Assembly (NCBI GenBank): GCA_001643675.2
Contig: LSRY02000021.1
Location: 1,054,001 to 1,118,000 of the forward strand
From: Monocercomonoides exilis PA203
Taxonomy: Eukaryota; Protista; Preaxostyla
Direction of reading: 5' to 3'
DNA length: 64,000 nt
Under the pieces are notes generated by a model that was given only the letters and a program-made list of their open reading frames with translations, was not told the DNA's origin and did not search any database. Position numbers and translations under genes: made by a program. The stretch's first letter is position 1, and every line of letters starts with the position of its first letter. Shown piece after piece: positions 1 through 12,665 of this stretch.

Positions 1-599
1 GAAGCTTCAATTTTTTTCATTTCAAATAAATATTTATCTCCATTTTCATATTTGAGATAAAAAATTATCTTTTTGTTGAAATTTGAGACAAACAAATAAT
101 AAGTTTTTATTTTTTCATTTTCATGTCATCAGTTTGAAAATTCATTTTTATTTCTGGAATGTTTACAAAGTTATTGACATTTTTCCTTGTTGCAGGATAA
201 ATAAAATTTTATTTGCTTGTATTGTATTATTTTTTATTAGATATTATCAAACAGGGAAATTTCATCGAAACTGTGCTTGTAATAATTTTATAGATATTCA
301 GAAAAAAAAATGTTTTCAAAGAGCAGTTATTAATGCTATAAAAAAACAATAGCACGATGAAAAATTCCAAAAGAAATATCCATTTATAAATTACTCAAAA
401 AAAAAAAAAAAAAAAAATCTAATAACATATTGAGAATAAAACAATTTGTCGTATTCAAGGTTATTTTATTTCAACATGAATATTTTTCTATATTTTTCAT
501 TTCATTTCATGCATTTTCAACAGATATCCTGTTTCATCTTTTCAAAATTGATTGAAAAAAGATGGTTTTCTAAACAGAAAAATATTTCTGTTCATACGA

Positions 600-3500
600 A
601 GATGTTTTGTATGTGCTCTCGATGAAGTGAATAAGACGTCTTTTCGCTCTGACCTTTCATCTACAACAGCATGCTTATCTTTTTCGCAATACAAGATCCA
701 GAGAAGCGAAGAGTAGAAGGCGACAGAAGATGATCAGCCATCTTCAGTGCATGCGATTGACCATTCGGATGCCTAGGTAGTGGCTGTGTCATACACTTCG
801 GCAGGAGCGATGGATGACATCGAGAGGTGGCTGTGGATTGTGGTGCCTGAGGTGACTGATGTGTATGCGCAGCACATGCAGCTGTCGCTGCGAGTGCTTC
901 AGCTGCTGCGGGGATGTGTTGTGACGGGGCGGGGGGTGCTGTGTGGGGGTGTTGTGTGTGCAGATGATGTGGAGCTTTCGGCGATGCTTACGGTTCCGCT
1001 GGTGGCACCGCTTCCGTCGCTTGCAGTGTTAGTTGGCACGAAGTTGGGGAGCAAGCGGATCATTGCAGCCGTAGATGTGAATGCGTTCCCTTCGATCCAC
1101 AACCTGTTTGACGAGCCGATGCAAATATGGCGATGGCAACAGTCGTGAGTGTGGTGGTGAAGATGGACGACGAAGTTCCGGAAAGAATGGTGGCAGTGTG
1201 TGAAGTGGTGTAGATTGTGGAGAAGGGGATGCATGTGGTGGGGCTGAGGATGGAGGATGTGGTTCAGTCTCTGGATGTGCTCGATGAGCGAGATGAGGAA
1301 GAGGTTATAGTGAATGAAGAAGAATTTAAATAAAAGAGCGTGATATTCGTTGTGGTTTAATCTGATGGTGAGCTGAAGAGAAGTGTTCTGATCCAACAAG
1401 GCAGTCAACGAATGATGTGTGTGCTTAGTGGATAAGCGGTTTGTGACTGTGTTGGACGAACTGAACATGATACTGCCAAGAAGTCATGTATCGTCGTGAG
1501 TCAACGGGTGGAGATACAGCAGAAGCACAACACGGAAGAAGCAGTCATTGCTTGAGCCGTGCGAGATTTTGGTTCAATATGCAACTGGGTGCGGTTAGGA
1601 TGAAGCAGACGATTGTGGAAGGCTTTTTAGATGAGTTTTGTGTGCATATCGAATGTTTCGGGAACAAAGCAGAGGAGCGCAAGTTTGGTTGTGGGATCTT
1701 CAGCAGACTGTCGGAGTTGATGAGTCATGCGACCTTATACGACCTGCTGCATCAACGGATACTGTTTTGAGGAGTGGCAGCGTCTGTTGGGACGTCACAC
1801 GGATGATTCGGAGAAAATGAAGACGATAATGGAGGAGAGAATTGAGGCGATATGGCAGAGCAGAAGAATGCAACGTGAAAGAGATTTTGAGCAATTACAT
1901 GGTGACAATGTGAGTACATTCTTTTGTGAGTGTATTTGATCGCGCGTTTGATGCGGAGACGTTGTTAACGGAGTTGGATGATAAGAGACAGGTTGAGGTG
2001 CGAACAGCAAAGGTGGCTGAGTCGTTCTTCACGTAGTTCAAGAGATTTGGCACAGAGAAAGAAAACATTTAGCGAAAACAGACGTTAGCAGAGCTACTGG
2101 GGAATTCGATTGATTTGCAGTTTGTACTAAAGCATGGTGTTGTGACGTAGGAGACTTGGAGAATGGAGGTGAGCGCATTTGCAGGGGACACAACCTGTGG
2201 AGGAGAAAGTGGAGGGATGATGGTAGTCTCGATGGAGAGGAAGAGAAAGGGAAGAAGAAGAAGAAGAAAGTGAAGAAGAAGAAGAAGAAGAAAAGAAGAA
2301 AAAGAAGAAGAATAGCTCCAATGTGAATGAAACAGAAGTTGAGAGAGAAGCGAGAGAAGAGAAGAGAAGCGAAGAAGAAGACGAGCTGGTGAATGAAATG
2401 ATTCCGAAGATGCATAAAGACTCTTCTTCTTCTTCAATGAATTCTTCGATTAACCGATTTTTGTCTATGTTTGATAGGTAAAGAGAGGAAGAGGCAGCGA
2501 GGGAGACAGTTAGAGAGCTGAAGAGGATGATGGAGGAGAGGAAGAAGAAGAAGAAAAGAGAAGGAACAGAAGAAGGAAGAGAAGGAGAAAATGCATTTTT
2601 CGTTGAATTTGGCTCATAATTATCCGATTTTGAAGATTTTTATGAAGAAATTTGATGTGTTGAGAAGGATAACAAGATGCTTGATAATCCGTTGTGTCTG
2701 AAGAAGGATGAATAGAACTGTTTGAAGAGGAATACGAAAATTTGCTGGAAGCTGGTTTTTATTGTGTGTACAAGAATAGATGTATTTGACTCGGAAGAAA
2801 TAGAATAACTTCGAATATATCTTGAAGAAGAAGGTGAAGGAGGAGAAGGAAGAGGAGAGTCAAAGGAGCATATGCTCAAGCGTTGAGCGAATGAGTACAT
2901 TTGAGGAAGATAGAAGTGAAGGTGAGTGCAATTGAAGGGAAGATAATTTGTGTTTGCGTGAAAAAGGAGACGAATGTTGTGGAGCTGAAGGAGTTTGTGC
3001 AGAAGTAATAAGGGATTTCGCCAGAAATACAAAGATTGACTTTAATGACGGACCGTTGAGTGACATGCGCGCAATGAGCGGGTGCAACATCTGGAATAAC
3101 GTCGAGCTGAAGCTGATTTTGAATCTGCTTGGATGTGAAACTGAAGTGAAAGGGCAGATGGCGCAGGCGAAGCATGTGGAGAGAGGGATGAGGTTGTATG
3201 CGAGAATGGCGATGTCGGAGGTTTGGATGGCGGGAGCGAAAGCAGGTCCAGGGCCGAGGCCGAGAAGGCTGACGCAGTCAAATGCAGTGCAGAGGACGAG
3301 CAATGAGGAAGTGATGTTTCTTCTTGTTAATGGCGTTTGTTGCTATTTCTCAATGAAAATTCCTATGAATCCTCCGGTTGCAATGCAAATGTGAAAGAAG
3401 AAGGAATCAGAGAATATACATCTCGCCTTCACTTCTTCTTCTTGTGGCTTTTTTGCAGATGGTCGTCAATGTGGTGATGAGGAAGAAGAAATTGCGCTGA

Positions 3501-4650
3501 TTGCGAAGTTGCAGCAGGTAGAACATTAAAAGGATGAGAAGGAGAAATGATATCATCACGTTGCTTATTTTTTAACTGCTCCAATTGAGTGAAGCTATTT
3601 TCATCTTGACAATGCGCTGAATCTGCTTGGGTGAGCCGCAGAATGGAAAGAAACCGATGCTTGTGTGTGTGTGTGTGTGAGTTCATTCTCTTGTGCCAGC
3701 AAATACGATAAAATTCGCAATTTATTTCACGATTGGGGAGTTTTCAGCAGGAATAAAAGATGTTAGTGCGTGATCAGTATTAATGGAGAAGGAATTTGAG
3801 ATGAGCCGATGATGGGGAAGTTCCGCAATTTGGAGAAAGAACACAGCAACTGTGCTGTTTGTGAAGGAGATGGAGTCGGTTGATGAAAAGACAAAAAGAG
3901 AAAGAAAAGGAGAAGGATAGAGAGGAAACAAGGGATGGAGTTGAATAGTTTGTGGAAAAGAGTGGAGATGAAGCAGGTTGTTGAGCAGGATTTTGTTGAT
4001 GATGTGAACAAAGAGTGGGAGGTGAATGAGGATGAGTGGAATATAATAATGTGTTTGAAGTGAAATAAGATAAACGCCGTGAAGACGTATGTGTGCGTTG
4101 TGGTGCTGAATAACACGATGAGAGTGCAGAGGTCAGTGAAGTTGTCGATGCAAGTGTCAGGAGAGTTTATCACGCAACAAACGGGCAGCGCGAAGAGAAC
4201 ATAGAGCATTGTAATAAAGGTGTTTGGTGCGCAGATGTTGTTGCATGCGTTCTTTTTTCCACTGAGAAAAGTGCTTGCACGCTATTCTGTGCAGGCGGCA
4301 ATGCGGGAACATGACGTGTGCTGCAGAATAGAGGGAGGGAACCGAGTTAGGGCAGAAACAGAAGGTCCAAAAGATGAAGAAGTGCGGAGAGGCTGTATAT
4401 ATTTTATTGCAGGAGGAAGAGAAAAAAGTTTTTTTCAAGTTTCTGGAGAAGGAGAATCCGCACAGAGCAGATGAGGAATTTTCTATGATGTTGTGACGGC
4501 TTGAGGAAAAGATAGTGTTTGATAGAGTAATTTTGTGCTGTTGCTTGTGCGCGGAAAGAGGTCCATAACGAAAGGAGAGACGTGAGCACTACAGTATCGC
4601 CAGATGAACTTAGTGTGGACTTTTGTATTAGGGAAAGAGTGTAAAAAATG
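600..4650 (+). pseudogene. Degraded, unidentified protein-coding remnant (purine-rich, many stops and frameshifts)
   Basis: GC and purine content sit well above the AT-rich flanks. Only short + strand ORF fragments remain (780-1148, 1486-1770, 2948-3394, 4220-4474), with Glu/Val/Lys-rich coding-like texture and GAA repeats at ~2250-2580. No family motif recognised; boundaries approximate. Confidence 0.45.
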
Positions 4651-5339
4651 TGAATATGAAAAATCCAAAATTAAAATAGATCATAAAATAAAAAACAAGT
4701 TACAAACCATCAGTTTTGATTATTATTTTGTTCATTAAAACTTATGTAAGTCATATTTGATTCCAAAACATGCAGACATCCATTCTGAGTACAAAGAAAA
4801 TCCGAATAAATATAAACTTCAACAATTATTAGGATATTTGTTTGTTCTTTAAAAGAATTCAAATAAACCATGAACAATTCATGAAGCAGCAATTGCTAAA
4901 CAGTTCAAGATTATAAAACTCTTATTTATCATTAAAAAAATATTTTTTTTTTTGATCAAAATCTTGGATAAATAATATTTTGAACCAAATTGTTTTTTCT
5001 TGCAAGAAGGTTTGAAATGAACTGATAAGCATTATAGTGAATGTTTTCGTTTTTGGGAAGAATTATGGAAATGATTTGTGAAAATAAAATAACTTCCATG
5101 GGTTTAATTTTTGATCTGATGTCACTTTTCAAAAAAATTTACATCTAAAGAAAATTTTATTAAATATATTTTTACAAGTTAAAAACACAAACATTTGAAA
5201 AAATGGACTATTGACTTAAATCACGTCAGTGACAGGCGGCGCCGTGAGTGCCGTGGTATTTATGCTATAAAAAATTGATCACCACATAACCCATTTTTCA
5301 TTAATTAATTGAAAATGAACATATGAAAAATTTTAAATT

Positions 5340-5835
5340 GGGTGATTATTTTTGAAATCATATCTTTTTTCGGGGTGATGATTTTTCAAAATTGTTAGTC
5401 TTTGGAAAGAGATTATATATTCGAATTGTTTATTTTTCACAACCTTTTTAATAACAAATGTTTTGATCATATAAAGATATTGATGTCTTTTGTGGGCCTT
5501 TTTATTTTTCAGTGTTCTTTTTTTGATATTTGTCAAAATTTTTTTGAAAAGTTCCTTATGTTTAATTTTCAAATAAAGAAAAAATTTCAAATTTCGATCA
5601 AATTTCTGTTCCCACTCACCAAATTTTGCTGTTATGAAAACAAAATCTTGACAATGTAATTATTTCATTTTTTGTGAATTTTCATGATTGGGAACGGAAA
5701 TTTGATCGAAATATGAAATTTTCATTCTATAAGAAAATTAAACAAAAGGAACGTTTCAAAAAAATAAAGACATTTAGGGAAAATATTTGAACCGAAATTT
5801 TTGTTAAAAAAATATGACATCAAAAATAATCACCC
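5340..5835. mobile_element. Non-autonomous TIR element (GGGTGATTATTTTTGA family) containing a nested 240-bp MITE
   Basis: Left end GGGTGATTATTTTTGA at 5340; its exact inverted copy TCAAAAATAATCACCC ends at 5835. The same terminus recurs at ~6781-6795, 7739, 7949, 8171-8204, 11546-11581 and 14312-14320. Confidence 0.75.
5532..5771. mobile_element. 240-bp MITE (GTC...GAC termini, ~85-bp imperfect TIRs)
   Basis: GTCAAAATTTTTTTGAAAAGTTCC...TTCGATCAAATTTCTGTTCCCA mirrors TGGGAACGGAAATTTGATCGAA...GGAACGTTTCAAAAAAATAAAGAC. A closely related copy lies at 9301-9540. Confidence 0.8.
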
Positions 5836-6267
5836 AAATCATAAATGTCTTTTCAGTCATTTTGTCATTGTTTTATGTTTCTTTTGTCACTTCACATAGT
5901 GGTAATTGAATGAATGCAAAAATTTTTCATTTTTAAATCTGAGAAACTCAAAATCCTGTTTATTTGAAATTTCAAATGTTTATCCTTTCTTTGTTTTGGA
6001 TTCAAGAAAATAAAAGTTTGATAAACCAAATGAGTTTGCATTGTTTGGATATGCTATGAGGAAAATTATAAAGGTTTCTTCTATTGTAGTTATTGACAAA
6101 ACTACATTTTCAAATACTTTTTGAGATATCTCATATTCTTCACACAAACAATATTATTTGAGTTTAACTCACAGTTTAAAGTGTTATTCAATCATGAGAA
6201 TAATTTTGATAATGATAAAAGCTATTAATCAAAAGTTTTTATTTGATTTAGTGTCGATTTTAACCTC

Positions 6268-6417
6268 AAAAAAAAAAGAAAAAAAGAAAAAAGAAAAAAA
6301 AGAAAAAAATAAATAAATGAATAAATAAATAAATAAATAAATAAATAAAATAAAATAAAATAAAATAAAATAAAATAAAATAAAATAAAATAAAATAAAA
6401 TAAAATATAATAAAATA
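6268..6417. repeat. Compound A-rich microsatellite: (A7G)n, (AAAT)n, (TAAAA)n
   Basis: Tandem units are directly visible. Confidence 0.9.
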
Positions 6418-6423
6418 CAACAT

Positions 6424-6662
6424 GGGTGATTCTTTTTGAAAAGTCACAAATGTTTAATATTCAAAAAAATCAAAAATTTCATATCTTGATCATATTTCGG
6501 TTCCCGCTCATACAACTTCACAGGAATGTGTTAAATAGCGTTGTCAAATTATATACTCCGCTTTGGTAAAGTTACATGAGCGGGAACCGAAATTTGATCA
6601 AGATATGAAATTTTTGATTATATGAAAATTAAACATTTGCGACTTTTCAAAAAGAATGACCC
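6424..6662. mobile_element. 239-bp MITE with ~90-bp TIRs (GGG...CCC termini, flanked by AT on both sides)
   Basis: GGGTGATTCTTTTTGAAAAGTCACAAATGTTTAA...TTTCGGTTCCCGCTCAT pairs with ATGAGCGGGAACCGAAA...TTAAACATTTGCGACTTTTCAAAAAGAATGACCC. AT at 6422-6423 and 6663-6664. Confidence 0.85.
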
Positions 6663-6845
6663 ATATAATATAATATAATAAAATTAATCTCTGAAAGAGG
6701 TTATGACTTTTCTGTGTTCGTTAATCAATATTCAAAGCGAATATTTTAACCTAAATTATTGAATGGAAAAATTTGGATACAAAAATAATCACCCAGGTGC
6801 TTAAAAAGAATATTTCATGAAGCTTCAAAACAGTTTTTCGTAATT

Positions 6846-7450
6846 ATAAAATGTCACTTTTTTCAACAATGAGCTTGTGTCACCATTACTGGAATAAACA
6901 CGAGATAAATGAAACAGTGAAAGAAACAAATCCATCAAGCAAAACAATTGAAAAATACAAGAAATTTGTGAGAAGAATTTGAGACTATTTCGAACTGAAT
7001 TATACATTCAAAATGGGAAACAACAAAACAGAAGATTAGGACGAAACTCTAATTCTAAAAAGCAAAAATAACGTGGAAAGAGTAATAGAACAACAATGGC
7101 TTTTGGGCGAAATAGAATTAAAAACAGAAGGATAGAAAAAGAAATAAAAACAAGACTTTCTTCTAAATAGAAATGAACAATCACCATTATAATATATTGT
7201 AAAAAATATTAACAAATCAGCAATTGTTTATTGAGACATGTGGTCTGCTTGTAACATAATTGAAAAAAAAGATTACTAACTCCAGAGTGTTAATCACTCA
7301 AAAAGCTTTGTGAATATAATAAACAGATACATTCACACGCAAACAATCGAATGAATGTGGTCGCATGTGAAAGCTAATATACCAAGAAGAGGAAGAATGA
7401 ATCAAATAAAAAAGGAATTCATTCATGCATGTGTTTTTCAGGTTCAGTAA
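6846..7450 (+). pseudogene. Merlin/IS1595 (ISXO2-like) DDE transposase pseudogene, absent from the ORF track
   Basis: Manual translation across stops and a frameshift gives ...D*DETLILKSKNNVERVIEQQWLLGEIE... then LLNRNEQSPL*YIVKNINKSAIVY*DMWSACN...VNHSKSFVN...IHTQTIE*MWSHVK. These match the IS1595 motifs DE, W+FGG+E, NR, DxW, VNHS..FV and HTxxIExxW. Confidence 0.8.
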
Positions 7451-7948
7451 TTCAAATTTACTTTAGAAAACTTTAAATGAAATTTTGAAAATATACTCTG
7501 AATAATAGTAAGTATTAATGTGAACAAATGAAGATTATTCAACGAAATCTGCAAATAAAGTTTTTATGATTGAATTGGAAATTTTATTACAATTTCAACC
7601 ATTTTTCTTTTTTGCAATAAATCTTTTGTTTGTTATCTTTCTTTCTCTATTTTCTTAAAAATAATACATATTGAGATTTTCCAAAAACAAAGAATTAGAT
7701 TTTCAAACATATATATAAAAGTGGATTGTGAAACATATGGGCGATTATTTTTGTTACTATAACTTTTTTCTGGGTGTGAATTATTAATAAGGCTAATTCT
7801 TTTTATGAACTTCCTTTTGTTGATTTTTCAAATAAAATAAAAATTTCATGTTTTCATCAATTTTCTGTTCCCACGTTTTCAACTTCACAAAAATGGTAAT
7901 AATATCAAAATAATGTAATTATGTCCATTCTAATTTCAGCCGGATATT

Positions 7949-8204
7949 GGGTGATTATTTTTGAAATCATATTTTTTCATTCAAAAATTTCTGTTTGAGA
8001 ATTTTTATTGAATGCAAACAAAAAAACATAGAGAAGTGTAAACACTAATTAAACAAATCTTCTTCTTCATTTCAGCTTCAACATTTTTTTTTAAAATGGG
8101 CATAATGAGATTTATCTTTTATATATCGAATCTCCATTCAGTGAATAACAACCTTCGAAAAATCAATATCCTGAAAAAAGTTATGATTTCAAATTTAATT
8201 ACCC
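7949..8204. mobile_element. Probable ~256-bp non-autonomous element of the GGGTGATTATTTTTGA family
   Basis: GGGTGATTATTTTTGAAATCATA at 7949 and the inverted degenerate TATGATTTCAAATTTAATTACCC ending 8204. Confidence 0.6.
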
Positions 8205-9165
8205 ATGTGTATTTGTATTGGGGGATAAATACCCGCTGCTCACTGTTCAGCGCTTCCATTAATTGCATTGACATCAAATCCTTGATTTCTTCCTGTTCAT
8301 CTTCATCGTCATCAATTTCATAATTATCATCATCATCCTCTTTGTCTTCTTCTTTTTTATCTTCTTGATCTTTTTCGATTAAATTTTTCTAATTCATCCA
8401 TTTCTTTTATCATTTTCAATCATCTTTTCATTTATGTTCTTCTTCACTTTCCGTTCTTTTTCTTTTCTATCTTCTTTTTTTATTCCTGGATGTGGGGAAA
8501 AGCTTCACGGGGAATTAAAATGATCGCAAATAAAAATGTTGTTTGAAAACACATTAATCTTTTTCCTTTCTTGACATCTTCTTCTTGAAAGATTCGCTTT
8601 GTGATTCTCCACTGGAAGGTTTAACACATTCGTATCTGTATCTCCACGGCCAAACTCACAACCAGATGGAATCTTTGCTCCAAAATTCAACCAGATCTAT
8701 GCTATGGCATGAACAACCACTTTTTTTCTAGGATCTTTTAAGGAAATGTTCATTCTCTTTTTCTGTGGGGTCACTCTAAACATCCGGCTTTTTCTAAACG
8801 AGCTAGCTTGTCTTCTTCTTCCCTTTTTTCTTTCGACCTTTTCAGCAATTCGTCTCATCTTCTTTTCATATTTCATCTTTCTTGTCTGTATCACCAGTTC
8901 CTTTATGTCTTCTTCCTTCAACTTGGTGAACACTCCAAATACACAAAGTTGTTGATACGTCAAAGTTTTTATTGATAAGTTCATTAAGTTGAATTTTCGT
9001 GTGAAAGATAATTTGTATATTTTCATCAAATTTTCATTCAAACTAACCAGATTTCACCTGCATGATTAGCATAACAATGTCGAACATTTGTTTCTATTCT
9101 GGTGAATGTCAATGAGTTGGAATGATAATTTGACGAAAATATTCAAATTTTCTTTCACATCTGAA
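8205..9165 (-). pseudogene. Stop-interrupted remnant with a Lys/Arg-rich region followed by an acidic tail (possibly transposon-derived)
   Basis: ORFs 8697-9041 and 8505-8690 are in the same frame, separated by one stop, and are followed by a D/E-rich tail (EDDDDNYEIDDDEDEQEE). No diagnostic motif; boundaries approximate. Confidence 0.4.
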
Positions 9166-9300
9166 AAAAAAAGAACTTTTCAAATAAATTTTAACAATTG
9201 TCGAGTTTGGGAATCAAATTGTCGAGCTTTGGAGTCGAGTTTTGCTTATGCTATGGTATGCGCTGATGCGCAGCAATCGTGGCAAAGAATATTTTCATAT

Positions 9301-9540
9301 GTCAAAATTTTTTTGAAAAGTTCCTTTTGTTTAATTTTCAAATAAAATGAAAATTTCATTTTTCGATCAAATTTCTGTTCCCACTCACCAAATATCTCTG
9401 TCATGAATATAAGATCTTGACAATGTTGTTATTGATGTTATTGAGTAGTTTCGTGAGTGGGAACAGAAATTTGATCGGTATATGAAAATTTTTCTTTTTT
9501 TGAGTATTTGATAAAAGGAACTTTTCAAAAAAATTCAGAC
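9301..9540. mobile_element. 240-bp MITE (GTC...GAC), flanked by AT on both sides
   Basis: Long TIRs built around TTCGATCAAATTTCTGTTCCCACTCAC / GTGAGTGGGAACAGAAATTTGATCG. AT at 9299-9300 and 9541-9542. Paralog of 5532-5771. Confidence 0.85.
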
Positions 9541-10311
9541 ATATGGGAGAAAATACGGACTTTCTTGCTTTTTTTGCACAAAGCATTGAAAAATTGCTTC
9601 ACTCATAACTTTGTTTCGCTTTCTCAGATTTCAAAATAATCTGATTTTCATATCCGCAAACATGCATCGTTGAAATCGAAGCATCAAGTTTTCCAACATT
9701 TCTTGAATGTCAAAAAATGGACTCATTTTAATTGTGTTTTTTGATCTTAAAAAAGTCAATCAAAAGTGTGTAATTTATCAATGTTAACACCTGAAGCAAA
9801 AATTTTGCACAATATGAAAGTTCAATATTCATATGTGAAGATAAATTTTGTTTTCACTTTTTAAGGAAAAGCATCATCAGGAAAATGATAAAGATGAAAA
9901 CTGAATTTCGAACTTTAAACAACACTTTACTAAAATTAAAAAGAAAAGAAAAGAAAAAGGATTATTTTTTGCGTTGTAAGCCAAACCTATAATAAATTGT
10001 TATTTTATTTTTAATTTAATTGTGATTGTTTTGAAATGAAGTTTCATATTTCAACACTTTCCCGAATTACAAAAAAAATATTATTATTTGAATTTCTTAT
10101 CAAAAAAACTATATTAAAAAAAATAAAAATTATGAATAATCAAATCAATACATTCATATACACATACGCATATATATATTGTAAAAGTCCCAATGCTTCT
10201 TCTTCGTTGTTTTCAAAATAAATTATATCAACTGTTGTTGACAACTCTTCTTTGCAATTTTCCGAATCATTTTCAATATGCTCGTTTTTTTTCATGTTCA
10301 ATCTCTTTTTC

Positions 10312-11214
10312 TCAAACAAATTCCGAAATTTTAAATATTTTATATTCTTTCCAGGCTTTGACCAAAACCATTGCAAGGTGATCTGTAATGAAAGATTTTC
10401 GAACTCCATGATGGGGGAATGCTTTTCGCAACAAACACCACAAATCTTTAATCGTTTTTTTATTAACTTTTGTTTCCGGTTCCACAAAATTGTTTTTGTG
10501 GCACACTGTTCTGTGTTCATATCCATACGTATTTAAGCATTCGTATGCCTTCCACTCATCGCTCATGATGATTGTTTCAGGCTTAATGTATTCAAGAATA
10601 ACTGGAAGGAGTGTTTCTTTTGATCTGTTAAGAACAATCATCACAATTCGAGGTCCTGCTCCACTACCGTCAAGCCTTTCCACTCCGCAAAATAGCCAAA
10701 TTTGCTCCTTTCTTTTTCCTCTTCTATTCTTTCTGCGATGCCAAACAGCCTCATCGATTTCGACAATCTTTTCTTTTCCTCCAATATGTATATGCTTCGA
10801 ATTCCATATCTTCATGCACACAACCCTTAAAACGCTAACCCAAAATGCAACTGTATTGTGATTAATGCCTATCAATTCTGCAGTTTTGTTGATAGAAATT
10901 CAAACCCACTGTCACAAAAGTGTTCTAAGAGTTTTTCCCAATCCAATTTTGCTTTTTGAAAACACGTTCACATCAAAAACAGATTTTTTGATTTTGCATG
11001 AAGAACAGTTCCAATATCTTTAGTTTTTATCATTCATTTGGATTGTCATCCGTCTTCGGCATTTCTTGCACACAAAAACCTCGCCTTTGAAAAAAACCAT
11101 GTGAAACCAATACCACATCATATTTTCGTTGTGAAACATGTCTTGTAACTTACTCGTCGAGCTTATCTCTCTTTAAGGATCCGACATTAAATCATATAAA
11201 AGATCAGAATCCAT
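10312..11214 (-). pseudogene. Merlin/IS1595-family transposase pseudogene (Zn ribbon + HTH + DDE)
   Basis: ORF 10312-10875 carries IGGKEKIVEIDE, WLFCGVER, NRSKETLLPVI, IMSDEWKAY and HRTVCHKNNFVEP. The same frame extends up to an ATG at 11214, with CKKC...WNCSSC (Zn ribbon) but four in-frame stops. The third catalytic Glu appears replaced (TIKDLW). Confidence 0.9.
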
Positions 11215-11922
11215 TTAAAAAATAACTCAATACAAAAATAAAGAATTACACGATTTTAAATATTGATACAGAACAAACTCCGATAATAACAAAAGAAATT
11301 ATTATTACGTGATTTTTTGCAAACGGGTGTTAATTTTTTTGAAAACTTTTTTTCTTCCAAAATTTTCGCTTTTTAAATTTCTCTTGAATACTAACCAATG
11401 AACATTGGAAAGTGAAAAGGCTGATTGAAGACATTTTTTTTCTTTGATTCGGATGAAACATTTGGTTTCAAAAACAATTATCAAGCTTTTTCTCTTTTTT
11501 ATAAATAATTATCTTTCAAAAAAGAACAATCTTTGAAAAATTTTCGCCCCGAAAAAAGATTATGTTTCAAAAACAATCACCAATATGTAATTACAGACAG
11601 TGACAATACCAGGTTCATTTCAGTCTCAAACAAATGTCATTAATATTTAATAAAACAATCGAAAATCAATAATTGACATTTGAAAAAATTATCTAAATAA
11701 TATCTTGAGAAAGCAAAAGAAAATATTCGCTTCATTAAAAAGAACTTTAATCAAATTGCATGATGGAGTTTCCATAAATCAAATTAAAATCCATACATGT
11801 CATCCTCTTTTTCTTTCAATAAATTATCTCCTATCAAGGCATCGGCAGAGTTTCGCAGGCTCACTTCAAAAGCAGAATAAGTTGATTATCTTCTAAAACA
11901 AGCAAAAATCAAACTTTCAGAT

Positions 11923-12662
11923 TTGGTAAAAGCAAAAATCATGTCTCAATTATCCATCTTCAGGCATATAGCATCAATAAAAGCGGGGAGAGATCCTCAC
12001 TGCTCAGGCAGACCAGGGTTATTTAATAAAGAAGAAATTGAGGAAATTGAAGACTGTGCAAGAGCTCAAATATCTTCTTCCAACAAATTGACAGTTTCGG
12101 ATATAATAAAATTCGTGTGATTTATTTTGATAATGATTTTTAAACTTTGTATTTTTTGATAGGCAGAAAACGTTATGATGAAAAAAAATAAGAAAAACGT
12201 TCCATTTATGGAGTGTCACAAAAATAATACAAAATGGGCTCGTAGGTTTATTAACAAAAGCGGATTGTTGAAACTAATAAAACCAACATTCATAGACATG
12301 CATCGACTTAAAGCTGCGATTATCGATAATATGAGAAATTGGTTTAGTCCATCAAAAAATGTTGTAGATGATTATCACGTTTTTTTGGATTTGAAAATTA
12401 ATATGGATGAAAACGGAGTTTCCATGCAACAGTCAAAAGATGAAATTGAAGTTCCAAAAGAAACGCAGTGTGCCCTCCTGCCAGAAGCCCAGGGAAGATT
12501 AAATGTGATAATATTTTTCTTTGTTTTTTCTGATTGAACATCACTGGATCCTGTGATGAAGTGGTCAATTCAGACGTTGTCTGAAGATTTGAAAGAATTA
12601 AAGAACCTTCAAATCTACTGCATTGCAAACGGGACTGGCTGGATGAGAATGAATGATTTGTG
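11923..12662 (+). pseudogene. pogo/Tigger/Fot1-like (DDE_1) transposase, truncated, with a 48-nt intron at 12115-12162
   Basis: GRPGLF, KWARRF, NWF, INMDENG (NxDETG-like) and NGTGWM motifs. A GT..AG intron joins ORFs 11923-12120 and 12175-12537 in frame. Internal stop at 12535-12537; cut by the MITE at 12666. Possible left end TA|CAG at 11592-11596. Confidence 0.75.
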
Positions 12663-12665
12663 TTA

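Noticed and set aside
5221-5260. Isolated GC-rich patch (CAGTGACAGGCGGCGCCGTGAG) as a possible TIR or ncRNA
   Set aside because: Only a 7-bp inverted match at ~5885 and no recognisable RNA structure.
6846-11214. Alternative genetic code (TAA/TAG = Gln, as in Streblomastix) to explain stops in the transposases
   Set aside because: TGA stops and frameshifts also occur, and intact genes here end in TAA, TAG and TGA. Ordinary decay explains the stops.
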